Positions 19,791 to 28,608 of a stretch of 64,000 nt of DNA are shown piece by piece. Numbering within the stretch: position 1 is the stretch's first letter; each line of letters begins with the position of its first letter. The translations under genes were made by a program, and so were the position numbers. The notes beneath the pieces were generated by a model that did not search any database, was not told the origin of the DNA, and saw only the letters and a program-made list of their open reading frames with translations. The DNA is from Chitinophaga sp. (GTDB lineage: Bacteria; Bacteroidota; Bacteroidia; Chitinophagales; Chitinophagaceae). The stretch spans positions 1,353,449 to 1,417,448 of the forward strand of contig NZ_JAGHZS010000001.1 in NCBI RefSeq assembly GCF_017745275.1. The letters run 5' to 3'.

Positions 19791-21023
19791 ATGAAAAAGC
19801 TACAATTCCTGTTATACCTGGGATTGGCCATCCCCCTCACCGGCCGTACCCAGGACAATTCCGCTGATCTGGCGGTAGTAAAAAAAGTAGCCGACTACGC
19901 CATTGCACATGCGGCCTTTCAATTCAAAGGAGACAACCAGCAAACCTGGAACACCAGTAAAGAAATTCCTGCCGGCACCAATGCGCTCATCTCCGACCAC
20001 CTGAGCGAATGGCATTATCCAAACGGCGTACTCAACATTGCCATGGTGGACCTGGGCAACTACCTCAAAGATGATAAATACAACGCCTTCGCGCAAAGGC
20101 ATGTAGCGTTTGCCTTCGACAACTACGCATACTTCGAAGCCCTCAGCAAAAAAGGTGTTAAGTATAAGAACTTCCCGTTTAATCAACTTATTAACACCCG
20201 GGTACTGGACGACTGCGGCGCCATGGGAGCCAGCCTGCTGGATGTATACAATACCGTAAAAAGAAACGATTACAGGGCTTATATCGACAAAGCGGCACAT
20301 CATATCAGTAAGGTGCAGGAACGACTGCCAGACGGGACCCTATGCCGCCCCAATCCCTATAAATGGACCCTATGGGGAGATGATCTTTACATGAGCGTTC
20401 CCTTTCTCGCCCGGATGGGAAAGCTGACCAACAACAATAACTATTTTGATGATGCCGTAGCACAGGTGCAACATTTCACATACTATCTCTGGGATCCCCG
20501 TACAGAACTATATGTTCACTATTATTACCAGGATCTGCAAAAACAGGGCGTAGCTCACTGGGGACGCGCCAACGGCTGGATCATGCTCGCCAAAGTACAA
20601 CTGCTGAACTTTCTGCCCGCCAACCATCCTGGCAGACAAAAAGTAATCGACGATCTCACACAACAAATTCTCGGCGTAGCAAAGTACCAGGGCGCTAATG
20701 GCCTGTTTCACCAGGTATTGGATCGCACCGACTCGTATACAGAAACATCCTGCACCGCCATGTTTGTTTACTCCATTGCCAGAGCCGTTAATGAAGGCTG
20801 GCTCGACAAACGTTATATCACCATTGCCGAACGCGGATGGGAAGGACTGGTAAAGGAAAAAATACAGGAAGATGGACAACTGAAAGATGTATGCATTGGC
20901 ACCAATACTTCTGCCGATCTTTCTTTCTATTACAATCGTCCCACGGAGTTAAACGACTTTCACGGCATAGGACCCGTTATAGAAGCAGGTCTGGAGATTA
21001 TACGGTATAGAGCAAAGAAGTAA
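19791..21023 (+). CDS. Glycosyl hydrolase family 88/105 (unsaturated rhamnogalacturonyl/glucuronyl hydrolase-like)
   Basis: 410 aa with a signal peptide. It has the WGDDLYMSVPFLARMG and WGRANGW motifs typical of YteR/UGL-like enzymes. Confidence 0.8.
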   Translation: MKKLQFLLYLGLAIPLTGRTQDNSADLAVVKKVADYAIAHAAFQFKGDNQQTWNTSKEIPAGTNALISDHLSEWHYPNGVLNIAMVDLGNYLKDDKYNAFAQRHVAFAFDNYAYFEALSKKGVKYKNFPFNQLINTRVLDDCGAMGASLLDVYNTVKRNDYRAYIDKAAHHISKVQERLPDGTLCRPNPYKWTLWGDDLYMSVPFLARMGKLTNNNNYFDDAVAQVQHFTYYLWDPRTELYVHYYYQDLQKQGVAHWGRANGWIMLAKVQLLNFLPANHPGRQKVIDDLTQQILGVAKYQGANGLFHQVLDRTDSYTETSCTAMFVYSIARAVNEGWLDKRYITIAERGWEGLVKEKIQEDGQLKDVCIGTNTSADLSFYYNRPTELNDFHGIGPVIEAGLEIIRYRAKK

Positions 21024-21030
21024 TCGGTAG

Positions 21031-21149
21031 AGCCGAAAGCATAAAGCATAAAGCTATTGAAGCGATTGATAAAAGCAAATGAGTAATTCAATACTCGCTT
21101 TTATCAATCGCTTCAATAGCTTTATGCTTTATGCTTTATGCTTTCTGCT
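21031..21149. repeat. Long-hairpin element F (arms 21031-21076 and 21097-21149, 20-nt loop) with AGCATAA heptads
   Basis: The left arm has 4 heptads (AGC at 21031, 21038, 21045, 21052) and the right arm has 5. Its last base overlaps the SusD-like stop codon (21149-21151). It lies between convergent genes. Confidence 0.9.
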
Positions 21150-22585
21150 TAATACACATCAAACCACACCTTAGTCGTAAGCAGATCCGCTCCCTGACGG
21201 GCTACAGCCGCTTTATAGTTTTTGCCGTTCAGTGCCTGCTCGCTCGAAGGATAGGTTAAACGCAGGGGCATTTTGCCTTGCAGTGCACCGGTATAAGCTG
21301 GCGTGAGCTGGGGATAATCCAGTCTTCTCCACTCTGCAAAAGCTTCCAGGCCTTCGCTGAACAATGCCAGCCACTTTTGATCTCCAATGGATTTTTTATA
21401 GTTATTGGGATCGTAAGTAACGGAGGGTTGTGCCAGGTAATCGTCTACCAGTTTACCTGTAATACCATACTGTTTGAAAGAAGCACGGATAGCCTGTTGA
21501 TAAAGACCTGCCGCATCACCGTTGATCAGGCCACGTTGCGCAGCTTCTGCCAGGATGAATAATTGCTCAGCATAGGTAAATATCCACGCAGGCGCCTGGG
21601 TGGCAGTAAATGCCGCGCCTACATCGGATGTTTTGCTGAAACCCAACCGGGCTGCGGAATCCGAGGGCAAACCATTAGTTACTCCTACGTAATCAGTGGA
21701 ACCCGGTTCTTTAGGCAATGCTGCGTATATGCTTAACCGTGGGTCCTTCAATGCTTTTAACCTGTCGATCACTGTTTTACTGATCCGGTAATCGTTCCTC
21801 GTTTCCCTGTTTCTGCCTACCGGGTTCTGGTTAGGCGAGGTGAGATAAATCAACCTTGCTTCCCGATCAGAAGGTCCCAGCAGGAAGTTGCCTTCTGCTG
21901 CCAGTTCGGCGAATACAGCTTTGGCTGCTTCAGGATCACGGTCGGCAATACGTAAAGCGATGCGGCTGCGTAATCCATTAGCAAATCGTTTCCAGCCATT
22001 CATATCGCCGGCAAATAAAGAGTCGCCCTGGATAGGATTAGTGCCGGGTGTAATAATTTGAGCGGCGCCTTTTAACTCCGCCAACAAGCCTCTGTATACG
22101 GTCTTCTGGCTATCGTATACCGGCGTGAGGTATTTCTCAATATTGGCCGACTGAGAATAAGGAATATCTCCGTACAGATCTGTTAGCAACTGAAAGATCC
22201 AGCTGCGCATAATAATGCCTGCTGCCTTATAGTTAGGGTTATGCAGGCTATCTCCAAGCTGTGACAGTGTGGTAAAATCCTGTATTCCCTGTGCATAGAA
22301 ATTACTCCAAACGGATTGAATATTGGTAGATGCCGGGATATAACGGTCCGGGTCAGGGTATTGAATTTTAGCCCAGTACTGAATATACAACAGGGAAGTT
22401 TCCATGGCGGCATCCGTTCCCCAGTAGGTATCTACGTTCGCCTTAATACCATTGCTCAACAGGTAGTCTGGCTCAACGGTAGTTGGCTCGTTTGGATTGA
22501 TATTGGTACGCTCCAGGTCTTTCTGGCAACTAGCCAGTAAGGTGGCAGCAAATATGATATAGAAAGGTATCAGCAACTTTTTCAT
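21149..22585 (-). CDS. SusD/RagB family nutrient-binding outer membrane lipoprotein
   Basis: 478 aa with a lipobox (LLASC). It lies immediately downstream of a SusC-like gene, with a 13-nt gap. Confidence 0.85.
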   Translation of the reverse strand: MKKLLIPFYIIFAATLLASCQKDLERTNINPNEPTTVEPDYLLSNGIKANVDTYWGTDAAMETSLLYIQYWAKIQYPDPDRYIPASTNIQSVWSNFYAQGIQDFTTLSQLGDSLHNPNYKAAGIIMRSWIFQLLTDLYGDIPYSQSANIEKYLTPVYDSQKTVYRGLLAELKGAAQIITPGTNPIQGDSLFAGDMNGWKRFANGLRSRIALRIADRDPEAAKAVFAELAAEGNFLLGPSDREARLIYLTSPNQNPVGRNRETRNDYRISKTVIDRLKALKDPRLSIYAALPKEPGSTDYVGVTNGLPSDSAARLGFSKTSDVGAAFTATQAPAWIFTYAEQLFILAEAAQRGLINGDAAGLYQQAIRASFKQYGITGKLVDDYLAQPSVTYDPNNYKKSIGDQKWLALFSEGLEAFAEWRRLDYPQLTPAYTGALQGKMPLRLTYPSSEQALNGKNYKAAVARQGADLLTTKVWFDVY

Positions 22586-22598
22586 GATCGGTCAATAG

Positions 22599-25500
22599 TT
22601 AAAATGAAACATTCAGGTTAATGCCAAAGCTGCGCGTAGTAGGTATCTGCAGTGTTTCCAATCCTTGTCCATTGCCGGTATTAAAGGCGGTTTCCGGATC
22701 AATATTGGGAGTATGCTTGTTCAGGTATCCAAGGTTTCTGGCTACCAGTGCAACTTTCACGGCCTGCAAGCCCCATCTTCCTACGATAGACGCCGGCAAA
22801 GTATAACCCAGTTTAATTTCACGCAGCTTCACAAAGGAGCCATCGTATACGGCGCTTTCATTGAGATTGCTGCTGTACACTGCTTTGTAATAAGTTTGTG
22901 CGCCCAGAATAGCAGTATTCTTTTTCCCATCGGCTGTGTAACCATCAAATATAATCCCGTCGTGCTTCACGGTAGCGCCGCCAGGTGCGGTGGCGTTATG
23001 ATCCGGCAACTGGATGTTTTGTCCGGTGGCATTTGTGTAATAAGGCAGGCCGCCGTGTTCCTGGTCGCGACCCGGCATAGTAGCTGCCAGCACACCTGTT
23101 CCCATACCGGTTGAGTTAGTACCCGACCAGATGGAGCCTCCTTGTTTGGTATCAATCAGCACACTCAGGTTAAAGCCTTTGAAGCTGAAATTATTATTCA
23201 CACTACCCGTCCATTTCGGGGTATAGTAGCCCAATATCTTTTTATTAGGATCTACGGATGGTGTACCATCTGCGTTCACCAGGATCCGGTTCTCGCTATC
23301 TCTTTTGTAAGCCGTGCCATAAAGTGCGCCATAACGCTGGCCGGTAGTGGCTAACACCTGGATATTACCGGAGCTGCCTAATACATAGTTCTGCAAAAAT
23401 CCGTCTGCATCAAGTGCTAGTACTTTACTCACGTTACGTGCATAATTCACGTTCACGTCCCAACGAAACCCGGAGCGGGTAGAGATGGGTGTCAGTCCCA
23501 ACATCACTTCCACGCCCTGGTTGCTGATTTCCCCGGTGTTCAGTAATTTTTTCAGGTAACCGGTAGTGGGACTTACATCCGCCAGCAGTATCTGGTTGCG
23601 GCTATGAGAATTGTAGTAAGTCAGATCCAGCCGGATGCGATTATCCACAAATCCTGCTTCCACGCCAAATTCTGTAGAGGTGGTGATTTCCGGTTTGAGG
23701 TTTTTATTCAAGAATTTATCGGACACTGTTTGCAGCGGGAAAGAGCCAAAGGGTTGGCTAAAGGGATAGGTATTGATCAATTGGTAAGGATCAGTATCCT
23801 TTCCTACCTGTGCCCAACCTCCGCGTACTTTCAACAACGACAGTGTGTTGCTTTGTATATGCAGAGCTTCTGATAACACCACGCTGGCATTGGCAGAAGG
23901 GTAGAAATAAGAGTTGCTTCCTGATGGCAACGTGGAAGACCAGTCGTTACGCGCTGTTAAGTTCAGGAATGCATAGTTGCGGAAACCTATTTGTGCAGAG
24001 GCAAAACCGCTGTATACTTTTTGGCGGTTGAGCAGGCTGTTGGATATAAACGGATCGCGTGAGTTGTTGAGTGTATACACACCTTTCACCGCCAGTTTAG
24101 GCGCCTGTTGGTAGTTTTGTTCCAACTGATTGGTGCGCAGGTTAGCGCCGGCCAATACATCGAAATCAAAGTCGCTGCCTACTTTCTTCTTTGCATTCAG
24201 GGTGAATTCACCATTGGTTTCACTCACCGTATAGGCGTCTTCGGTATAGGAACCAAATGGCGTACCGTTGGTATAGTAAGCTATTTTATACTTGCGCCTG
24301 TCTGTATAATAATCAGTACCCAGGCGGAAGTTGGCGGTGAGCCAGTCGAGCACCTGGTATGATAACCGGGCGTTTCCGAGGAAACGGTTACGCAGGAGTC
24401 CTACGGTATTTTCATTTTGAATCCAGTATGGGTTGCTGTAGTAGCTATGGTTCCAGTTGTAGTCGGTGCCATCCGGATTCTTATAATTTTTCAGCTTGCT
24501 TACATCTACCTGGCGGCCAAACCAGATGAACTGTAAGGTAACGCTGTTACCACGTCTGCCGTCTACACCGGGCAGGTTATCAGCTGCGCTGCGTATATAG
24601 TCAGCGTAAGTGCTGAGTGTGAGTTTGGGTGTAATACGGAAAGTATTGCTGGCGGTAAATGTATTCCGCGTGATACCGGTGTTCGGCAGAATGCCTTCCT
24701 GCTTGGTGTTATTATAAGAGAAGCGATAATCCAGTTTCTCGTTTGTACCACCTACCGATAAACCGTTATTCAGCGTATAGCCGGTAACGTAGAAATCTTT
24801 CACATTGTTTGGATGCGGTACAAAGGGCACAGCTTCCCCGTTGGAGAAAAACTGGGGAATCAGGCGGCCATCCATTTTAGGGCCCCAGCTTTCATCCACG
24901 CCATCGTTGATACCGCCGCCTTTACCGTCTTTATAAGAAAATTGTCCGCCGGTACCTTGACCGTAGCTATTCTGAAAGTCGGGCAGGATCAGCACTTTAT
25001 CCATGGTAACGCCGGAGTTCACGGTGATACCCAGGCCTCCTTTAGTATCTTTACCGGTTTTTGTTTTGATGACGATTACACCGCTGGAAGCGCGGGAGCC
25101 GTACAATGCTGCGGCGTTAGGGCCTTTCAATACGCTGATGGAAGCGATATCGTCCGGGTTTACATCAGAGATAGCGTTGGCAAAGTCGCGGCCGGTACCG
25201 ATTCCGAGCTGGCTGTTATCTACCGGCATCCCGTCCAGTACAAACAGGGGTTGGTTATTACCAGCGATAGAGGTTTCGCCGCGGATCACAATACGGGAAG
25301 AACCGAGGTTACCCTGGCTGTTCGTTACCTGTACCCCTGCTATCTTTCCGGACAATGCGTTGACCAGGTTCGTTTCTTTGGCTTCAGAAATATCTTTGGA
25401 TTTCAGTTCCTGCACGGCGTATCCGAGTGATTTCTTTTCGCGGGAAATACCAAGTGCAGTCACCACCACTTCATCCAGTTTCCGGTTATTATTTTCGAGG

Positions 25501-25784
25501 GAGATATTAATCACCTTGTTGCTGCCGACCACTGCAAGCGTAGTCTGGAAACCAATTGAAGAAATTTGTAGTGTGTCATTTACGTTTGCGCTGATGGTAT
25601 ATTTCCCATCCGGATCGGTTTGTGTACCATGACTTTTTCCTTTCAACTGTATAACAGCGCCGGGTATGCGTTGTGCATCGGAACGGGAGGTAACTACCCC
25701 ACTCACCCTGACTTCCTGGGCAATACTCTGCTGCAGCCACAGTAGCCCTGGCAGCAGGCATAATAGCCTTTTTACGTAGTTCAT
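22599..25784 (-). CDS. SusC/RagA family TonB-linked outer membrane protein
   Basis: 1061 aa. It has an N-terminal carboxypeptidase-regulatory-like domain (VSGVVTSRSDAQRIPGAVIQLKG), a plug (LDEVVVTALG, the TonB-box region) and a C-terminal barrel ending NLNVSF. Confidence 0.9.
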   Translation of the reverse strand: MNYVKRLLCLLPGLLWLQQSIAQEVRVSGVVTSRSDAQRIPGAVIQLKGKSHGTQTDPDGKYTISANVNDTLQISSIGFQTTLAVVGSNKVINISLENNNRKLDEVVVTALGISREKKSLGYAVQELKSKDISEAKETNLVNALSGKIAGVQVTNSQGNLGSSRIVIRGETSIAGNNQPLFVLDGMPVDNSQLGIGTGRDFANAISDVNPDDIASISVLKGPNAAALYGSRASSGVIVIKTKTGKDTKGGLGITVNSGVTMDKVLILPDFQNSYGQGTGGQFSYKDGKGGGINDGVDESWGPKMDGRLIPQFFSNGEAVPFVPHPNNVKDFYVTGYTLNNGLSVGGTNEKLDYRFSYNNTKQEGILPNTGITRNTFTASNTFRITPKLTLSTYADYIRSAADNLPGVDGRRGNSVTLQFIWFGRQVDVSKLKNYKNPDGTDYNWNHSYYSNPYWIQNENTVGLLRNRFLGNARLSYQVLDWLTANFRLGTDYYTDRRKYKIAYYTNGTPFGSYTEDAYTVSETNGEFTLNAKKKVGSDFDFDVLAGANLRTNQLEQNYQQAPKLAVKGVYTLNNSRDPFISNSLLNRQKVYSGFASAQIGFRNYAFLNLTARNDWSSTLPSGSNSYFYPSANASVVLSEALHIQSNTLSLLKVRGGWAQVGKDTDPYQLINTYPFSQPFGSFPLQTVSDKFLNKNLKPEITTSTEFGVEAGFVDNRIRLDLTYYNSHSRNQILLADVSPTTGYLKKLLNTGEISNQGVEVMLGLTPISTRSGFRWDVNVNYARNVSKVLALDADGFLQNYVLGSSGNIQVLATTGQRYGALYGTAYKRDSENRILVNADGTPSVDPNKKILGYYTPKWTGSVNNNFSFKGFNLSVLIDTKQGGSIWSGTNSTGMGTGVLAATMPGRDQEHGGLPYYTNATGQNIQLPDHNATAPGGATVKHDGIIFDGYTADGKKNTAILGAQTYYKAVYSSNLNESAVYDGSFVKLREIKLGYTLPASIVGRWGLQAVKVALVARNLGYLNKHTPNIDPETAFNTGNGQGLETLQIPTTRSFGINLNVSF

Positions 25785-25975
25785 GCTTAGTACTTAGTTT
25801 ATTAGTTGATTTAGATCTTTGCGGAGCATGGTTGTCCCGTTACACCGTTCCGATTTTGGCATTTATTTGTTGGCGTATGATGGTTTGGTATGATATCAGG
25901 GGCAAAATTAAGGCACAAATATTAATCTACAAAATTTATAGACTAAATAGATTTAATAAAGCGAATATTGTCTGT

Positions 25976-26104
25976 GGCAGGATGATACTGATTTTTATTT
26001 TTGATTTAGGGAGAGAAGAAAGATAGTAATGAATAATATCTGCTTATATCTCTGCTTTATTTATCTTACAAAATCAAAAAAATAAAAATCAGTATCATCC
26101 TGCC
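25976..26104. repeat. Long AT-rich hairpin element G (~32-nt arms with a 2-nt indel, ~63-nt loop)
   Basis: Arm 25976-26007 is GGCAGGATGATACTGATTTTTATTTTTGATTT and arm 26071-26104 is its reverse complement with two extra A residues. It lies between the stop of 26130..26516 and the SusC-like start. Confidence 0.8.
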
Positions 26105-26129
26105 AAAGACAAAAGATCGCGACCATACG

Positions 26130-26516
26130 CTATAGATTCAGCAATTTCTTCAGCTCTGCTTTACAGTCTTCGATGTTTTGCCAGATTTGTCTGTCCTGGC
26201 ATACCGTACCTTTATACTTAATAGACACTTTGGTTTTGCGCAAAATCACCTGGTAATATTCGGGTGCATCGGGAGAGTTTTCCCAGGTAATTTTTCCGCC
26301 TTCTTCAATGCCACCGGCGAGTTTGTCTTCTATAACAGCATTTACTTTTTTTCGCATGTTCTCTGCAAAATCGTAGCTGACCTCTGTTTTCACGAGGCAG
26401 GTAGAATCTTTCCTGGCTGGTGTCTGATGGGAGGCGCTCGCCTGTTGACGTGAGATACATAGCAAAACAGCACTGGCTGCGAGCAGCAGTAACGGGAATT
26501 TAATAATAGGTTTCAT
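26130..26516 (-). CDS. Hypothetical secreted protein
   Basis: 128 aa with a signal peptide (LLLLAASAVLLC). No recognisable domain. Confidence 0.5.
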   Translation of the reverse strand: MKPIIKFPLLLLAASAVLLCISRQQASASHQTPARKDSTCLVKTEVSYDFAENMRKKVNAVIEDKLAGGIEEGGKITWENSPDAPEYYQVILRKTKVSIKYKGTVCQDRQIWQNIEDCKAELKKLLNL

Positions 26517-26694
26517 AACAAGTATAGATTAAGGGAACGTTGGAGAATAGGTATATAACAAGTCCGTAAGATGCTTTCTTAGATTTTGGTTGCTGGTACT
26601 AACTCATTATTAAAATAACATATTTATCTCACTCCACAAAATAAATGCGGGGGATCGTAGGGGTAAAAGTAAGATGGGGTGTCTTCCTAACAGG

Positions 26695-27528
26695 TCATTG
26701 ATATTGCTGCTGCAGATTCAGGAGGATTTTTCTCCCTGCATCGCTCAGGCCCGTCAGGCTATCCGTTGGCATAAAATGGCGTTTAAAGGCCATGATGGCG
26801 GCGGACGAATCTTTTACATCGTAACCGATAATACGAAGGGCCAGTAATGGGTTAAAAGATTCAGGCACTACGGTGGCGCTGGTGTCTTTATACCAGAGGC
26901 CGAAACCTTTTTCAGACAATTGTTGCCAGGGAAAGAATGCGCTTGGATCTACTTTTCTACCGGGAGCAATATCACCATGGCCTACGAAGTTAGCAGCAGG
27001 AATATTATAGCGGTGCTGCAGGGTATCCAGTAATACAAGCAGGCTGCTGATTTGCGCAGAGTCAAAGGGTTCGTGTCCGTTATTGTCCAATTCTATACCA
27101 ATGGAAGAAGAGTTAATATCGGTCAGGTTGCCCCATTTGGCGATGCCTCCGTGCCAGGCCCGGAGATAGTCATTGAGCATATGGTGGATGGCACCATTGC
27201 GGCATATAACGTAGTGAGCGCTTACCTGGGTTTTCTCCATGGTAAACGTTTTCAGTGTTTGTTCACACGAATTCTGAGCTGTATGATGAATGATAACGAG
27301 ATTAGGTTTACGCATATTGAAATTAATGGTGCCTACCCAGGATGGGGCAGCTACGCCATTGGCGCCGGCCAGCTCTCCGGGTTGTTGCCGCAGCGTTTTC
27401 GCATAGGACTTCGCATGCTGCCGGTACACCTTATTGGTGCCGGCATACGGGTTACGCGCGCAATATGCAAAGCCACCAATTACGGCTATCAGGCAACTAT
27501 ATTTTATAAAAAGAGATATGGTCTTCAT
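26695..27528 (-). CDS. N-acetylmuramoyl-L-alanine amidase (Amidase_2 / AmpD-PGRP fold)
   Basis: It has a signal peptide and motifs VIIHHTAQ, AHYVICRNGAIHHML, RAWHGG and GHGDIAPGRKVDP. Confidence 0.85.
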   Translation of the reverse strand: MKTISLFIKYSCLIAVIGGFAYCARNPYAGTNKVYRQHAKSYAKTLRQQPGELAGANGVAAPSWVGTINFNMRKPNLVIIHHTAQNSCEQTLKTFTMEKTQVSAHYVICRNGAIHHMLNDYLRAWHGGIAKWGNLTDINSSSIGIELDNNGHEPFDSAQISSLLVLLDTLQHRYNIPAANFVGHGDIAPGRKVDPSAFFPWQQLSEKGFGLWYKDTSATVVPESFNPLLALRIIGYDVKDSSAAIMAFKRHFMPTDSLTGLSDAGRKILLNLQQQYQ

Positions 27529-27681
27529 CGGTATCTGTTAAAGTTTACACAAGACTACCAGATAAAGATACTAAATGAACCGATCCGTCGTTTTTTTCAC
27601 GGATACTATGAAAAGTGTTCTTTAAAATATATATTTACGTTTTCAATAATACTTTTCGGAGTATCAAAAACCTGTGCTACA

Positions 27682-28563
27682 TTGTCGTTTATTGCCTACA
27701 ACTTACTGTTACCGCTGATTTACGCGTTATCGCTATTGCCATTCCGTGTACTTTACCTGGTGTCTGACGCAGTATATGTGCTGTTGTTTTATGTGCTGGG
27801 CTACCGTAAAAAAGTAGTGCTCCAGAACTTGCGTAATTCCTTTCCGGAAAAGAGCGATGCGGAAATTAACCGCATCTGTAAAGATTTCTATCATTATCTG
27901 TGCGATCTTTTCCTGGAAACATTTAAAACACTCACCATCAGCAAATCCGCTATGGTAAAGCATTGCAGCTTCACACCGGCTACAGTGGAGTTGTTTAACC
28001 GCCTGGAAGCGGAGAAAAAAAGTGTTGTGCTCGTGATGGGGCATAAAGGGAACTGGGAATGGGCAGGCAATACCTTCAGCATCCTGTGCCGTCAGCAGTT
28101 GTATGTTATTTACCATCCGCTGGCCAACAAACATTTCAATGGTTTAATGTACCGCATGCGTACCCGCTTTGGCACTAAACTGATTGCCATGCAGGATACC
28201 TTCCGCGATATGGTGCAAAACCGTGGCGAAGTAAATGCTACGGCTTTCATCGCAGATCAGGCTCCACAGCCTAAAACAGCCCAATGGCTCAATTTCCTCC
28301 ACCAGGACACCCCTGTGTTCAAGGGTACGGAGAAAATAGCGCAGAAAATGAACTACCCGGTAGTATATGTTACCGTACAACGTTTAAAAAGAGGATATTA
28401 TACTGTTAGCGCAGAACTGCTCACCGCCACTCCCGCAGAAGAAAAAGACGGGGCTATCACGGCGGCGCATACACGTAAACTGGAAGAAGATATCGTTTCA
28501 CAGCCAGCTACCTGGCTGTGGTCACATAAACGGTGGAAACATAAACGTCCTGCCGTTATTTAA
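27682..28563 (+). CDS. Lipid A biosynthesis (LpxL/HtrB-type) lysophospholipid acyltransferase
   Basis: It has the N-terminal helix LLLPLIYALSLLPFRVLYLVSD and the H-x4-E motif GHKGNWEW. There is no in-frame ATG between the overlap with the amidase gene and the conserved N-terminus. TTG at 27682-27684 is my best guess for the start. Confidence 0.7.
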   Translation: MSFIAYNLLLPLIYALSLLPFRVLYLVSDAVYVLLFYVLGYRKKVVLQNLRNSFPEKSDAEINRICKDFYHYLCDLFLETFKTLTISKSAMVKHCSFTPATVELFNRLEAEKKSVVLVMGHKGNWEWAGNTFSILCRQQLYVIYHPLANKHFNGLMYRMRTRFGTKLIAMQDTFRDMVQNRGEVNATAFIADQAPQPKTAQWLNFLHQDTPVFKGTEKIAQKMNYPVVYVTVQRLKRGYYTVSAELLTATPAEEKDGAITAAHTRKLEEDIVSQPATWLWSHKRWKHKRPAVI

Positions 28564-28608
28564 TCGTACATCAAGAACAACTTTAGAAAAGCTTACCTAA
28601 CTAACTGT

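Noticed and set aside
27052-27681. N-terminal 210 codons of the 503-aa ORF 27052..28563
   Set aside because: This part is antisense to the amidase gene (26695..27528) and has no acyltransferase similarity. Only the distal ~290 codons look like an LpxL-type protein.
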